Source: Candidatus Kaiserbacteria bacterium
GTDB lineage: Bacteria; Patescibacteriota; Minisyncoccia; Phycocordibacterales; UBA918
DNA length: 64,000 nucleotides
NCBI GenBank assembly: GCA_016699245.1
Contig: CP064968.1
Coordinates: 768,317 to 832,316 of the forward strand
Direction of reading: 5' to 3'
The notes beneath the pieces were generated by a model. The model searched no databases, was not told the origin of the DNA, and saw only the letters and a program-made list of their open reading frames with translations. Shown here in pieces: positions 17,941-27,265 of this stretch (the first letter of the stretch is position 1; each line of letters begins with the position of its first letter). The position numbers and the translations under genes are program-made.

Positions 17941-17994
17941 TATGTATCCAAAACCCTTTCAAAATCGCCTAAAATGCGCTAGTGTACAGTACTT

Positions 17995-19455
17995 ATGGCA
18001 CGTGAAGCAGGTCTTATCTCGTTTAACGACGTAACGTTTGAATACACACACAATAAACCAATCTTAATTGGGGCTAATTTTGTGATTCGCCGCGGATCAA
18101 AATTGACCCTCATGGGTCAAAACGGTGCAGGGAAGAGTACTATTTTTGGTCTTATCACTGGCGAATTTAAAGAAAACGATGGTGATATCAATATTATGCC
18201 TCGCACTACCATCGCGCTTTCAAGGCAGGTAATACCTCGTGATGAACTCGATTTAACCGTTCGTGATTTTTTTCAGAAGTGCTTTCCTGAAAAGGTATAT
18301 GATATCGACCCAAAGATTGATGCGGTACTTGAGGTAGTGAATCTTGTAGCACCTCACGACCGTATCGTGCGTTCTTTTTCTGGTGGACAGCAAGCGCGCA
18401 TACTCCTCGCCTCGGCACTTATCCAAAATCCCGACCTTCTCCTCCTTGACGAGCCGACCAACAACCTCGATGTCGAGGGTATTCGCCATCTCACTGAGTT
18501 TCTCCGTGAGTATAAAAAGACCGTTGTGGTAATTTCCCATGATGCTGATTTTCTCAATGCGTTTACGGAAGGTGTGTTGTACCTCGATGTCCGTACACAT
18601 GTCATAGAGCAGTATGATGGCAACTATCATACAGTGGTGCGGGAAATCGCGGCGCGTATTGAAAGGGAAAACCGAAAGAACTCCCAATATGCAAAAGAAA
18701 TTCAAGCAAACAAAGAAAAGGCGAACTTCTTTGCACAAAAAGGAGGCAAGATGCGCCTTGTAGCAAAGAAACTGCGTGAAGAGGCAGAAGAGTATGAAGA
18801 AAACAAAGTGGATGTGCGCAAAGAAGATAGAACCATTCGCCCTTTCACAATTAATGTCCCCGAAGAACTCCCCACAAAGATTCTCACCATTTCTTCATAT
18901 AAGGTTATCAAAAATCACGTTCCAACCGAAAAGAAATGTGATATAACGCTCGGAAAGAATTTTCACCTTCAACTCGTGGGTCCAAACGGCATAGGGAAGA
19001 GCACGCTTCTCGAAGCACTTGCCTCAGGGCACGCACAGGGTGAGACTGTAGCGCCACAGGTAAAGATTGGCTACTACCGACAGGATTTCTCAACCCTCAA
19101 CTTCGAGGATACGGTGTTTAATGCACTCCTCTCCGTGATGGAGAAAAAGATAGAGGAAGACATGCGCTCGGTGGCTGCAGGTTTTCTTCTTGGTAGTGAC
19201 GTCATGCGTACCAAGATTGGGAGTCTCTCAGAAGGACAAAAGGGTCTCGTGGCATTTGCACAACTTGTGCTCATGAAACCAGGCCTTCTCATCCTCGATG
19301 AACCCACCAACCACATCAATTTCCGACATCTTCCTGTAATCGCAGAGGCACTCAACAAGTATGAAGGCGCCATGATTCTTGTTTCTCACGTCCCCGATTT
19401 TGTAGAAAAAATTCGTATTGATGAGGTGTTGGATTTAGGGAAGAAACATACGTAA
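17995..19455 (+). CDS. ABC-F family ATPase (two ABC domains and no TM domain)
   Basis: Two Walker A motifs (GQNGAGKST, GPNGIGKST) and two signature motifs (LSGGQQ, LSEGQK) with a linker between the domains. Confidence 0.8.
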   Translation: MAREAGLISFNDVTFEYTHNKPILIGANFVIRRGSKLTLMGQNGAGKSTIFGLITGEFKENDGDINIMPRTTIALSRQVIPRDELDLTVRDFFQKCFPEKVYDIDPKIDAVLEVVNLVAPHDRIVRSFSGGQQARILLASALIQNPDLLLLDEPTNNLDVEGIRHLTEFLREYKKTVVVISHDADFLNAFTEGVLYLDVRTHVIEQYDGNYHTVVREIAARIERENRKNSQYAKEIQANKEKANFFAQKGGKMRLVAKKLREEAEEYEENKVDVRKEDRTIRPFTINVPEELPTKILTISSYKVIKNHVPTEKKCDITLGKNFHLQLVGPNGIGKSTLLEALASGHAQGETVAPQVKIGYYRQDFSTLNFEDTVFNALLSVMEKKIEEDMRSVAAGFLLGSDVMRTKIGSLSEGQKGLVAFAQLVLMKPGLLILDEPTNHINFRHLPVIAEALNKYEGAMILVSHVPDFVEKIRIDEVLDLGKKHT

Positions 19456-19612
19456 TCTTTATATTTTGTACTCATTTTGACGGTATCATATAAAGTGTTG
19501 CAAAATGTGCAAAAAAAATATATTCTGGCACAGACTCCTCGTGGTGCTGGTCATATTCCTTCACACACAATGAAGTCAGAAACATTGTTCTTAAACAATT
19601 CGGAGTTGAAAA

Positions 19613-19855
19613 ATGGGCAAAGCAAAAACTGTGGGAAATGGTAACCTTGCAATAGCAGATTCCAAAGAAGTCATATTTGAGCAGACTGCCAAATATATTT
19701 GCTGTATATGCAAGGATCCTCATTTTCGCGTATACGGCAGATGGAATCACGGGAAAGAATCCGTCTGTTCCAAGGCTTGCAATGACAGAAAGAGTGAGGA
19801 AGTGAGGAACGCTCGCTCTAAACGGCCGCCAAATCTTGCTGTAGTTACAACATAA
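19613..19855 (+). CDS. Small Cys-rich protein, possibly a zinc ribbon
   Basis: RBS ggag 8 nt upstream; CCIC..C..C pattern; conflicts with the antisense ORF at 19472..20143, which I judge spurious. Confidence 0.35.
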   Translation: MGKAKTVGNGNLAIADSKEVIFEQTAKYICCICKDPHFRVYGRWNHGKESVCSKACNDRKSEEVRNARSKRPPNLAVVTT

Positions 19856-19975
19856 CCAACTCAATACAACCAAGGGAAACCTCTGCGCAAGCGGGGGTTT
19901 TGATTTTGTTAGGTTTTTAAAATTTGATGCGTGTTCTGATTTGCATACACCGCTAATCCCTCGTATTATCAAGTA

Positions 19976-20833
19976 ATGGAAAAAGAAATCACCTGTATCT
20001 ACCACAAGGATTGCATCGATGGCACTACTGCCGCTGCCGTGGTTCTCAGAAAATATCCAAATGCCCAAACCTTTCCCCTCGCCCATAATTACTCTCCCGA
20101 GGAAATAGAAACCATTCTTAATTGTACTGAACCTTCTGCCCACATATATATAGTCGACTCAACACTTGGATTGACTGAGTTTTTGGAACGAGGACACACG
20201 GTGACGGTAATCGATCACCACATTAGCGAACATACGCGAGTATTAGAAATCACAAAGGACTACACGGGGCTCACCTATGTATTTGATAATGAAAAGTCAG
20301 GTGCGTCACTCTCGTGGGCATACCTCTTTCCCGAAGTACCTGCGCCTGCACTTATTCCCCATGTAGAAGACAATGACCTCTGGAAAAAAATGTTTGGGGA
20401 AGAAACTGAGCACATTGTGAATTATCTTTCCCTATGGAGAAACGACCCTCATCACACCGTAGCGCTTTTTGATGAACCTCTCGAATCACTTACCGCTCAA
20501 GGAACAATACTAACGCTCTCAGCGCATTCTATGGTAAGCCGACTAATCCTTCTTGAGCCGGTAACGCTTCGTATTGAAAATCATGAGGTACTTGCATACA
20601 ACATCACTAATTACCAATCAGCGTGTGGCAATGCGCTTGCTCACCAAAACGGCATGGCGGTTGCGCTCTATACCATTTTGGGTAACCAAGTAAAGTTTAG
20701 TTTCCGTTCTGAGGATTCACATGAACCCTCAGCACTCAAACTCGCCATGTCGCTCGGCGGAGGAGGACATCGAAATAGTTCTGGAGCCACTATATCGCTC
20801 GACAACTTTATTGAACGCATTGTACGAATATAA
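19976..20833 (+). CDS. DHH/DHHA1-family phosphoesterase (NrnA-like)
   Basis: DHH motif (VIDHHISEH) and DHHA1 motif GGGGH. Confidence 0.7.
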   Translation: MEKEITCIYHKDCIDGTTAAAVVLRKYPNAQTFPLAHNYSPEEIETILNCTEPSAHIYIVDSTLGLTEFLERGHTVTVIDHHISEHTRVLEITKDYTGLTYVFDNEKSGASLSWAYLFPEVPAPALIPHVEDNDLWKKMFGEETEHIVNYLSLWRNDPHHTVALFDEPLESLTAQGTILTLSAHSMVSRLILLEPVTLRIENHEVLAYNITNYQSACGNALAHQNGMAVALYTILGNQVKFSFRSEDSHEPSALKLAMSLGGGGHRNSSGATISLDNFIERIVRI

Positions 20834-20882
20834 AACAATCCCCTCGACGTATGGGGGATTGCTTTTTCACATCACGGAAAAC

Positions 20883-21791
20883 ATGGTAGTCTGTATACAC
20901 TATTATTGTAATGACGATATAACTTTTCGTATGGACAACACACCAGAAACAACGAACGCTGAAAGACCTACAACTTCCGAACCCGTTAAGAGTGGGACGT
21001 GTACAGTATGTAATGCAAGTCCTATTCAAAATGGAATCTGTACAGTATGTGCCGCAGAGCATACCCCCGTTACCTCTGAAACCCCCGCGAGCGTATGTGG
21101 GACAGGATTCGATACCCCCTGCGAGCCATTTTATAAGAAATACGCTACATATATAGCGCTTATTGTTGCAACGGCGATTATACTTGGTGCAGGCTTTTAT
21201 ATGTATTCAGGATTCGGTGCTCGCGGTGCAGTGGTTGCAACAGTGAACGGCACCAAAATATATCAACCAGAACTTGATGAGAGCATCAATCTCCTTTCAC
21301 AAAGTGCTGCTGCACAAGGAGCAAACATAAGTGACCCAAAAACGCTTGAAGAAATCCGCACACAAGCACTTGAGGTACTTATCAGCAATACTCTCATGAC
21401 AGCTGCTGCAAAAAAAGAGGGTGTCACTGTATCTGATGCAGATGTACAAAAGCAGTTTGACGATCTCTTGGCACAATTTGGCACACAAGAAGAACTTACA
21501 GCAAAAATGGCTGAGGTAGGGCTCACGGAGGAGAAGCTTCGCAAAAACATTAGTGATCGCATTCTTGCAGAACGTTACATAGAGGCAGTAACCGACATTG
21601 AAACAGTTGCGGTGACTGAGGAAGAAGTTGCTGAGTTTATAAAAACGATTACCGCAAATGGCACAGAATTGCCACCTCTTGATGAAATTCGCCCACAAAT
21701 TGAAGCCCAACTCGCCGGGGAAAAACAACAGAAAATCATCACTGAACTCGTGGAAAAACTACGAGCAGATGCCGATGTTGTGATTAAATAA
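20883..21791 (+). CDS. Membrane-anchored SurA-N/PpiD-like chaperone-domain protein with an N-terminal Cys4 zinc ribbon
   Basis: CTVC..CTVC motif, one TM segment, then a SurA N-terminal-like domain; the start is moved to the internal Met at 20883 to avoid overlap with the upstream gene. Confidence 0.45.
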   Translation: MVVCIHYYCNDDITFRMDNTPETTNAERPTTSEPVKSGTCTVCNASPIQNGICTVCAAEHTPVTSETPASVCGTGFDTPCEPFYKKYATYIALIVATAIILGAGFYMYSGFGARGAVVATVNGTKIYQPELDESINLLSQSAAAQGANISDPKTLEEIRTQALEVLISNTLMTAAAKKEGVTVSDADVQKQFDDLLAQFGTQEELTAKMAEVGLTEEKLRKNISDRILAERYIEAVTDIETVAVTEEEVAEFIKTITANGTELPPLDEIRPQIEAQLAGEKQQKIITELVEKLRADADVVIK

Positions 21792-21802
21792 ATAGATGGA
21801 GA

Positions 21803-21838
21803 AATCCCCTCCGCGCCTATGGCGCGGAGGGGATTTTC
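21803..21838 (+). terminator. Rho-independent terminator
   Basis: aaatcccctccgcgcc-tatg-gcgcggaggggatttt. Confidence 0.65.
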
Positions 21839-21891
21839 ATGCCTTTTTCACATTTGGTAAGAAATGGCTCTACTATGCGTCAACGTGAATA

Positions 21892-22152
21892 ATGTACGAG
21901 CGATTTCATACCTACACCAAATCAAAGCCCCGTATGCGCAAAATTGCGGGTTGGACTTTTGTAATATTTGGCTTTCTTGCACTTATTACGCCACTCACTC
22001 CCGGGGGACTCCTTTTCTTTGTCGGCCTTGAACTTCTTGGGCTACGCTTTATTGGTGCCGAAAAATTAAAGCGCTTTCTGATGAAAAAAAAGGAACTCCC
22101 TGTGCTCGATACAATTACCATCGACACCCCTCCCCACACCATACATTCTTAG
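21892..22152 (+). CDS. Small membrane protein
   Basis: 86 aa with one or two TM segments. Confidence 0.35.
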   Translation: MYERFHTYTKSKPRMRKIAGWTFVIFGFLALITPLTPGGLLFFVGLELLGLRFIGAEKLKRFLMKKKELPVLDTITIDTPPHTIHS

Positions 22153-22153
22153 A

Positions 22154-22837
22154 ATGCGTTATACTAATAGTATGAAAACACGATTATTCATACTTATCGT
22201 TGGAGCATTGGTAGCCACCCTCGTGTGGCTCTTTGTCGTTGGGGGAGAGACACCACCACAGCCAATCGCATGCACAATGGAAGCACGCATCTGCCCCGAC
22301 GGTAGTGCGGTAGGGAGAACGGGCCCCAATTGCGAATTTGCGGAGTGCACAGAGAGTGAAACTCCTACCGAAGTCCCCGATACACCCGACACTGTCGCCT
22401 GCACTATGGACGTGCAGTCCTGCTCGGATGGTAGTTTTGTGGGGCGTGTAGCACCATCGTGTGCATTTGCACCGTGTCCTCAAGAATCAACCCTCGATAA
22501 TCTCATTCGTGTAACTTCCCCCGCTCCACAGAGCAGTATTACTTCCCCCACAACAATCACGGGAACAGCGCGTGGCACTTGGTTCTTTGAAGGCAGTTTC
22601 CCTATTTCAATAGTAAATTGGGATGGACTTATTATTGGAGAGGGAATTGCGACCGCAGAAGGAGAATGGATGACTGAGGATTTTGTCCCTTTCACCGCAA
22701 ATATTTCATACACCATCGACCCACAAACTCCATACAACCGCGGTGCAGTAATCCTGAAGAAAGACAACCCCTCCGGCCTCCCCGAACACGATGCCGCACT
22801 AGAGATACCCGTGACTTTTAACGAAATTAGTCAGTAA
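22154..22837 (+). CDS. Secreted protein with two tandem Cys-rich repeats (ACTM..C.DGS.VGR..P.C.FA.C)
   Basis: N-terminal TM or signal segment; internal duplication of a ~40-aa Cys motif. Confidence 0.45.
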   Translation: MRYTNSMKTRLFILIVGALVATLVWLFVVGGETPPQPIACTMEARICPDGSAVGRTGPNCEFAECTESETPTEVPDTPDTVACTMDVQSCSDGSFVGRVAPSCAFAPCPQESTLDNLIRVTSPAPQSSITSPTTITGTARGTWFFEGSFPISIVNWDGLIIGEGIATAEGEWMTEDFVPFTANISYTIDPQTPYNRGAVILKKDNPSGLPEHDAALEIPVTFNEISQ

Positions 22838-22847
22838 TTAAGCCCCA

Positions 22848-23264
22848 ATGGAAATACGAAATCATTTTTATCGAATTAGCATCAAGGCGCTCATACTGAA
22901 TGAAAGTCGTGATAAGTTTTTGATTGTGAAAGAGGAGGATGGTCGGTGGGAACTTCCGGGAGGAGGTCTTGACTGGGGAGCAACACCACACCAGGATCTT
23001 CCGCGAGAAATTAGTGAAGAAATGGGAGTGAAGGTGACATGGATAGCCCCACACCCTTCATATTTTTTAACGTGTGAAAACAGTAATCGCGAAATTTGGA
23101 TTGCGAATGTGCTCTATGAAACGACTCTCGAGAGTCTCGACTTCACACCATCAGACGAGTGCACTGAAGTGCGTTTTGTAAACAAAGATGAAATCGACGG
23201 GCTTGATGTACATGCAAACGTCATAATTTTAGGAGACATGTTTGACCCTAAAAAGCATCAATAG
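22848..23264 (+). CDS. NUDIX hydrolase
   Basis: Nudix box GGGLDWGATPHQDLPREISEEMG. Confidence 0.7.
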   Translation: MEIRNHFYRISIKALILNESRDKFLIVKEEDGRWELPGGGLDWGATPHQDLPREISEEMGVKVTWIAPHPSYFLTCENSNREIWIANVLYETTLESLDFTPSDECTEVRFVNKDEIDGLDVHANVIILGDMFDPKKHQ

Positions 23265-23370
23265 GAAAAAACACTCTTAATATGTACGTCACCGCCGTGT
23301 GTGAAATTTTTTGTAAAAGTCTCTGTCTCATGTAACGTAATCCAGTCAGATTTCTTCTCTCCATTTTCTT

Positions 23371-24603
23371 CTACGCAGATAGCCCCTCAAGAAAATCCTT
23401 AGCGCGGACAATGTGAATATTATTATGTTGCACTTCTGTGTGCGTCGTATGCCCAACCACTTGCGTCGCAGTAATATGGTACTTCTGACTATAGTAACTC
23501 AGTTGTCTCGTACCACTACCCTGTGACAATTTTACCTCAATAAGTTCTTGAGCTTTTTCATTATGAACGCGCACAAAATCAACTTCCGGCCCATCCTTAA
23601 CGCGGACATACGCCAATCGACGCTGCTCTCCGAAGACATCTTCTCTATAAAAATCATCCTTAAGAAGCGAGAGCGCAACAAGATTTTCGAGTCGGACGTC
23701 CTCTCCCCCTTGCACCATCCCTGTATCAAAAAAATATACTTTTGGCTCTTTTCGTATTGCACGAGCAATTTTTGTCGTGTACGGAGTAACGCGGAAAATA
23801 ATATATAGGTCCTCAAGAATATCGATGTATCGTTTCGCAGTCTTTGGAGAAATCCCTACATCTTCGGCAATGCTTGCATATGAAAGGGAACTTCCTACGC
23901 GTTCGCGAAGGAGGCGAAGAATTGTATGCAGTGAACGGATATCTTCTACCGCAGCAAAATCGAGAACATCGACGTTTATCATACTTTCGATATACAGACT
24001 ACGGAGGCGTTCATCCATCGTGTCCTCTGTAAGGAATCGCTCAGGGAATCCTCCGCGAGTGAGCAGGCGCTCGACTGCACCTTCATACATAGTTCCCTTG
24101 AGTTCTTGAAGTGAGAAGGGGAGAATGCGGTGGAGAAGGTATCGACCCGCCAGTGAATCGCCCACCCGTCGATACGCATTGAGTCGCGCACTCCCTGTTA
24201 CCAGGATGCTTAGGCCTTCAGGTTTTGTATCATAAATGCCTTTGAGATAATTTTTCCAGTTGCGCATCTTATGTATCTCATCAAAGACAACGAGGTCGAC
24301 TCCAAAAAGGAATTTCTTATCTTTAATTATTTTTCTATGGTCGCTGTCATCAAAGTTGAGGTAGAGTGGATGTTCAAATGACTTCATAACCTCCTTCGCT
24401 ATCCACGTTTTTCCAACTTGACGAGGACCAACAACAAACACAATCTTTTTCTTAAGATCCTGGATAATGGTCTGTGTTTGCTTCCTTGGTATGTTCATAG
24501 CGCTTATTGTATAGCATAATCCATAAAAAGCAACCCTTTTATGGATTTGCCTCCAAAATGGTCGAATTTTGTGTTTTGACCAGAATCTTGGTAAAAAATC
24601 CAA
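23371..24603 (-). CDS. AAA-family ATPase with a DUF4143-like C-terminal domain
   Basis: Walker A motif VVGPRQVGKTW and Walker B motif LVVFDEIH. Confidence 0.65.
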   Translation of the reverse strand: MDFLPRFWSKHKIRPFWRQIHKRVAFYGLCYTISAMNIPRKQTQTIIQDLKKKIVFVVGPRQVGKTWIAKEVMKSFEHPLYLNFDDSDHRKIIKDKKFLFGVDLVVFDEIHKMRNWKNYLKGIYDTKPEGLSILVTGSARLNAYRRVGDSLAGRYLLHRILPFSLQELKGTMYEGAVERLLTRGGFPERFLTEDTMDERLRSLYIESMINVDVLDFAAVEDIRSLHTILRLLRERVGSSLSYASIAEDVGISPKTAKRYIDILEDLYIIFRVTPYTTKIARAIRKEPKVYFFDTGMVQGGEDVRLENLVALSLLKDDFYREDVFGEQRRLAYVRVKDGPEVDFVRVHNEKAQELIEVKLSQGSGTRQLSYYSQKYHITATQVVGHTTHTEVQHNNIHIVRAKDFLEGLSA

Positions 24604-24752
24604 GTGTGTAGTATTTCCAAAATTAATTATGGTTAATTAACTCTTAATTATAGAAATTTTGTGTACCGATAAGAGAAGGGTGGCTGTATTCTTATCATCC
24701 CATACAAAAATTAACCGATGCGAACCGGTAAAAGAGAAGTAAACGAATTCCT

Positions 24753-24962
24753 TTAATACTTCCGTGATTTTAAAAGATTATTAAGGTCTCCTGAAAGTGT
24801 CGGCTCCTTCATAGCATGAAGAACTTTCTGAACCGCCCTGTCTTCAATATAGTGTTTGAGTGCATTGCGCACGACAACAGCTCTACTTGCGCCAGTTTCT
24901 TCAGCCGCCTCGGCGAGGTGCATCTCGAGTTCAGGAGTGAGAATAACCGATATTGTTGACAT
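24753..24962 (-). CDS. Ribbon-helix-helix (CopG/ParD-like) DNA-binding protein
   Basis: 69 aa with an N-terminal beta strand followed by a helix-helix pattern; no toxin partner is seen. Confidence 0.45.
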   Translation of the reverse strand: MSTISVILTPELEMHLAEAAEETGASRAVVVRNALKHYIEDRAVQKVLHAMKEPTLSGDLNNLLKSRKY

Positions 24963-25020
24963 GATACTTAGATGAAAAAATTTATATTAAATACAAGTGG
25001 CACTTCAAGATGATTCAGAA

Positions 25021-25949
25021 TCACCCCCGTGAGTGAAACTTTTTGTGGATGTCGCGGAGGTGTTTGTCGGTGACGTGGGTGTATATCTGGGTGGTGGCGA
25101 TATTGGCGTGGCCGAGGAGTGCCTGTACGGAGCGGAGGTCGGCACCATTATGGAGTAGGTCGGTGGCGAAACAGTGGCGGAGTTTATGGGGGGTGACTTT
25201 GCGGGTAATACCGGCAATGGTTGCGTAGCGCTTTATTATGCGTTGCACACTCCTTGGTGTGAGCCGAAGGTCTTTATTTTTCAACTCATCATGCTTGGCG
25301 TTTTTTCCATACTGAATAAACATGGCATCATCAAAGTCCTTACGTTCTTTGAGATACGCTTTGATTGCGTCTCGCGCCGTGTCCGAAAGAAATACCACAC
25401 GCACCTTGTCTCCCTTGCCGCGTACGGAAAATTCATCTCGACTTAAATCCACATCTTCTTGAGACAGTGCACACAGTTCAGACACACGAAGGCCGGTTGA
25501 AAAAAGAAGTTCGAGTATTGCTTTATCCCGGAGGCCGGAAAGGGAAGCGAGGTCGGGTGCCTCAATGAGGCGCGTGAGCTCGGAAGAAGAGATGAGGTCG
25601 AGAGAACGTTCAGGCACTTTCGCGAGTTCAATGCGCTCAGGGTTGAGCGACTCGATGCCGCGTTTCCGCATATATTTTAGAAACGCACGAAGTGCAATGA
25701 GGTAGTAGTTTCGTGTTTTCGGTTTCAGAGTCTCCATATTTCTCCCAACCTTCGTTCCGGGCTGACGATTGAGCCATAGGCGGTACTCGCGTACATGCGC
25801 TTCAGTGAGTGCGCTTGGATTTTCAATTTTTGAGTATTCCAAAAAGCGGGTGAGATAGTGGTCGTAGTTCCTCACGGTCAAAATACTGCGTCCTTTTTCA
25901 ATTTCGAGGTATTCAAGGAATTCGCGTTTGAGTTCGGTTAAGGTCATAC
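25021..25949 (-). CDS. xerC: Tyrosine site-specific recombinase, XerC/XerD type
   Basis: C-terminal R..HxxR..Y catalytic motifs (RHCFATDLL..LGHANIATTQIYTHV); the start is the Met of MTLTELKREFLEYL at 25947-25949; the 453-codon ORF upstream is read-through. Confidence 0.8.
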
Positions 25950-26122
25950 ATACAATATATAGGTATAGGGAGGGAAGTGTCGCACAATATAGTGGATAAG
26001 CCCGCGTTAGGGCAGGGGTTGCGCACTTTGTCAAACTGTGGTAGAGTGGTGACAACCTTCGCAGGTTACTAACAACGCGCCACGGAACAACATCTACGTT
26101 CCATGACGCATTTTTAAACACT

Positions 26123-26389
26123 ATGCTTACAAAACGAAAGAAAGAAAACGCGATTAAGGAAGTTCGCCGACATGATCTCGACACTGGTTCACCACAAGCA
26201 CAGGTGGCAATTCTCACGAAGTCAATTGAAGAACTCTCGAAGCATCTTAAGAAGAATTTGAAGGATTTCCACTCACGTCGTGGACTCCTCCAGATGGTTG
26301 CCGATCGCCGCACACATCTTAAGTACCTCGAGAAGAAAGATGAAAAGGCATACAAGGCCCTCATCAAGAAACTCTCACTCAAGAAGTAA
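26123..26389 (+). CDS. rpsO: 30S ribosomal protein S15
   Basis: 88 aa; HSRRGLLQMV..RRTHLKYL motifs typical of S15. Confidence 0.9.
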   Translation: MLTKRKKENAIKEVRRHDLDTGSPQAQVAILTKSIEELSKHLKKNLKDFHSRRGLLQMVADRRTHLKYLEKKDEKAYKALIKKLSLKK

Positions 26390-26404
26390 TAGGGAAAAGG
26401 GAAG

Positions 26405-26444
26405 AAACACGCGCATTCTTTTTTGAAGAAGAATGCGCGTGTTT
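26405..26444 (+). terminator. Rho-independent terminator after rpsO
   Basis: aaacacgcgcattc-ttttttgaagaa-gaatgcgcgtgttt. Confidence 0.6.
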
Positions 26445-26524
26445 CATTTCTCTCTCACACGTCTGATATACTTATTAAGGAAGTCCATGTTCATTTTTTA
26501 AAAATTCTATAACTGTTCATTTTT

Positions 26525-27112
26525 ATGGCTGTCATTAAACATAAGGAACAGCGTGTCGCGATTTTTATCGACACGCAAAATCTCTATCACAGTGCAAAAA
26601 ATATTTATCATGCAAAAGTTAATTTTGACGCAGTGGTAAAAGCTGCCCTAGGTGAGCGCAAACTCGTCCGCGCAATTTCCTACGTCGTCACCACCGAAAG
26701 TGGGGAAGAGCGTTCATTCTTTGAAGCTCTTGAAAAAATTGGTATTGAAGTTAAAACAAAAGACCTCCAGATATTCTTTGGTGGTGCCAAAAAGGCAGAC
26801 TGGGATGTGGGACTCGCGGTGGATGCAATTAAGCATTCTCAAAAGGTTGATGCAATTGTCATCGCTTCGGGCGATGGCGACTTTGTACCGCTCATGGAAT
26901 ACGTTCGCTCACAAGGATGTCAGGTGGAATGTATTGCCTTTGGCAAATCAAGCTCTTCACGACTCCGTGAAATTGTCGATGACTTTATCGATATGGATGA
27001 AGACCCGAACACATTCCTTATTGGGCTTCGTGGGAAGGGTGCACGTCCTAAAGCTAAAAAGTCGATGAAGCGGGTAGTAGGTACCGACACGGATGACGCA
27101 GGGGAGATATAA
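26525..27112 (+). CDS. NYN-domain (LabA/DUF88-like) protein
   Basis: VAIFIDTQNL..ASGDGDF pattern of NYN/LabA domains. Confidence 0.65.
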   Translation: MAVIKHKEQRVAIFIDTQNLYHSAKNIYHAKVNFDAVVKAALGERKLVRAISYVVTTESGEERSFFEALEKIGIEVKTKDLQIFFGGAKKADWDVGLAVDAIKHSQKVDAIVIASGDGDFVPLMEYVRSQGCQVECIAFGKSSSSRLREIVDDFIDMDEDPNTFLIGLRGKGARPKAKKSMKRVVGTDTDDAGEI

Positions 27113-27115
27113 ATA

Positions 27116-27158
27116 AAAACACCCCGTGCGGCCACAGGCCGCACGGGGTGTTTTTTTG
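27116..27158 (+). terminator. Strong rho-independent terminator
   Basis: caccccgtgcggcc-aca-ggccgcacggggtg followed by a T7 run. Confidence 0.75.
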
Positions 27159-27191
27159 ACCCAACTTTGATACACTTTGCCCATTACTCAC

Positions 27192-27250
27192 GAGCGAGAG
27201 AGATAGGTGAGTTTCAAGCGCGTGTTTGAAATTCAAAATCTCTCTCGCTC
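27192..27250 (+). promoter_or_regulatory. Long hairpin in the pnp 5' leader (13-bp stem gagcgagagagat/atctctctcgctc with a structured loop)
   Basis: Ends 16 nt upstream of the pnp ATG; analogous to the RNase III-processed pnp leader hairpin of E. coli. Confidence 0.5.
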
Positions 27251-27265
27251 ATTAGCACACACATC

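Noticed and set aside
19472-20143. 223-aa minus-strand ORF between the ABC-F and DHH genes
   Set aside because: It overlaps the start of the DHH phosphoesterase gene and the better-supported small plus-strand ORF (which has an RBS and a Cys motif). Its sequence is low complexity.
25950-26382. N-terminal 145-aa extension of the recombinase ORF (453 aa in the ORF track)
   Set aside because: The extension runs through the rpsO promoter and gene region and has no similarity to recombinase N-domains. The real start is the Met of MTLTELKREFLEYL.
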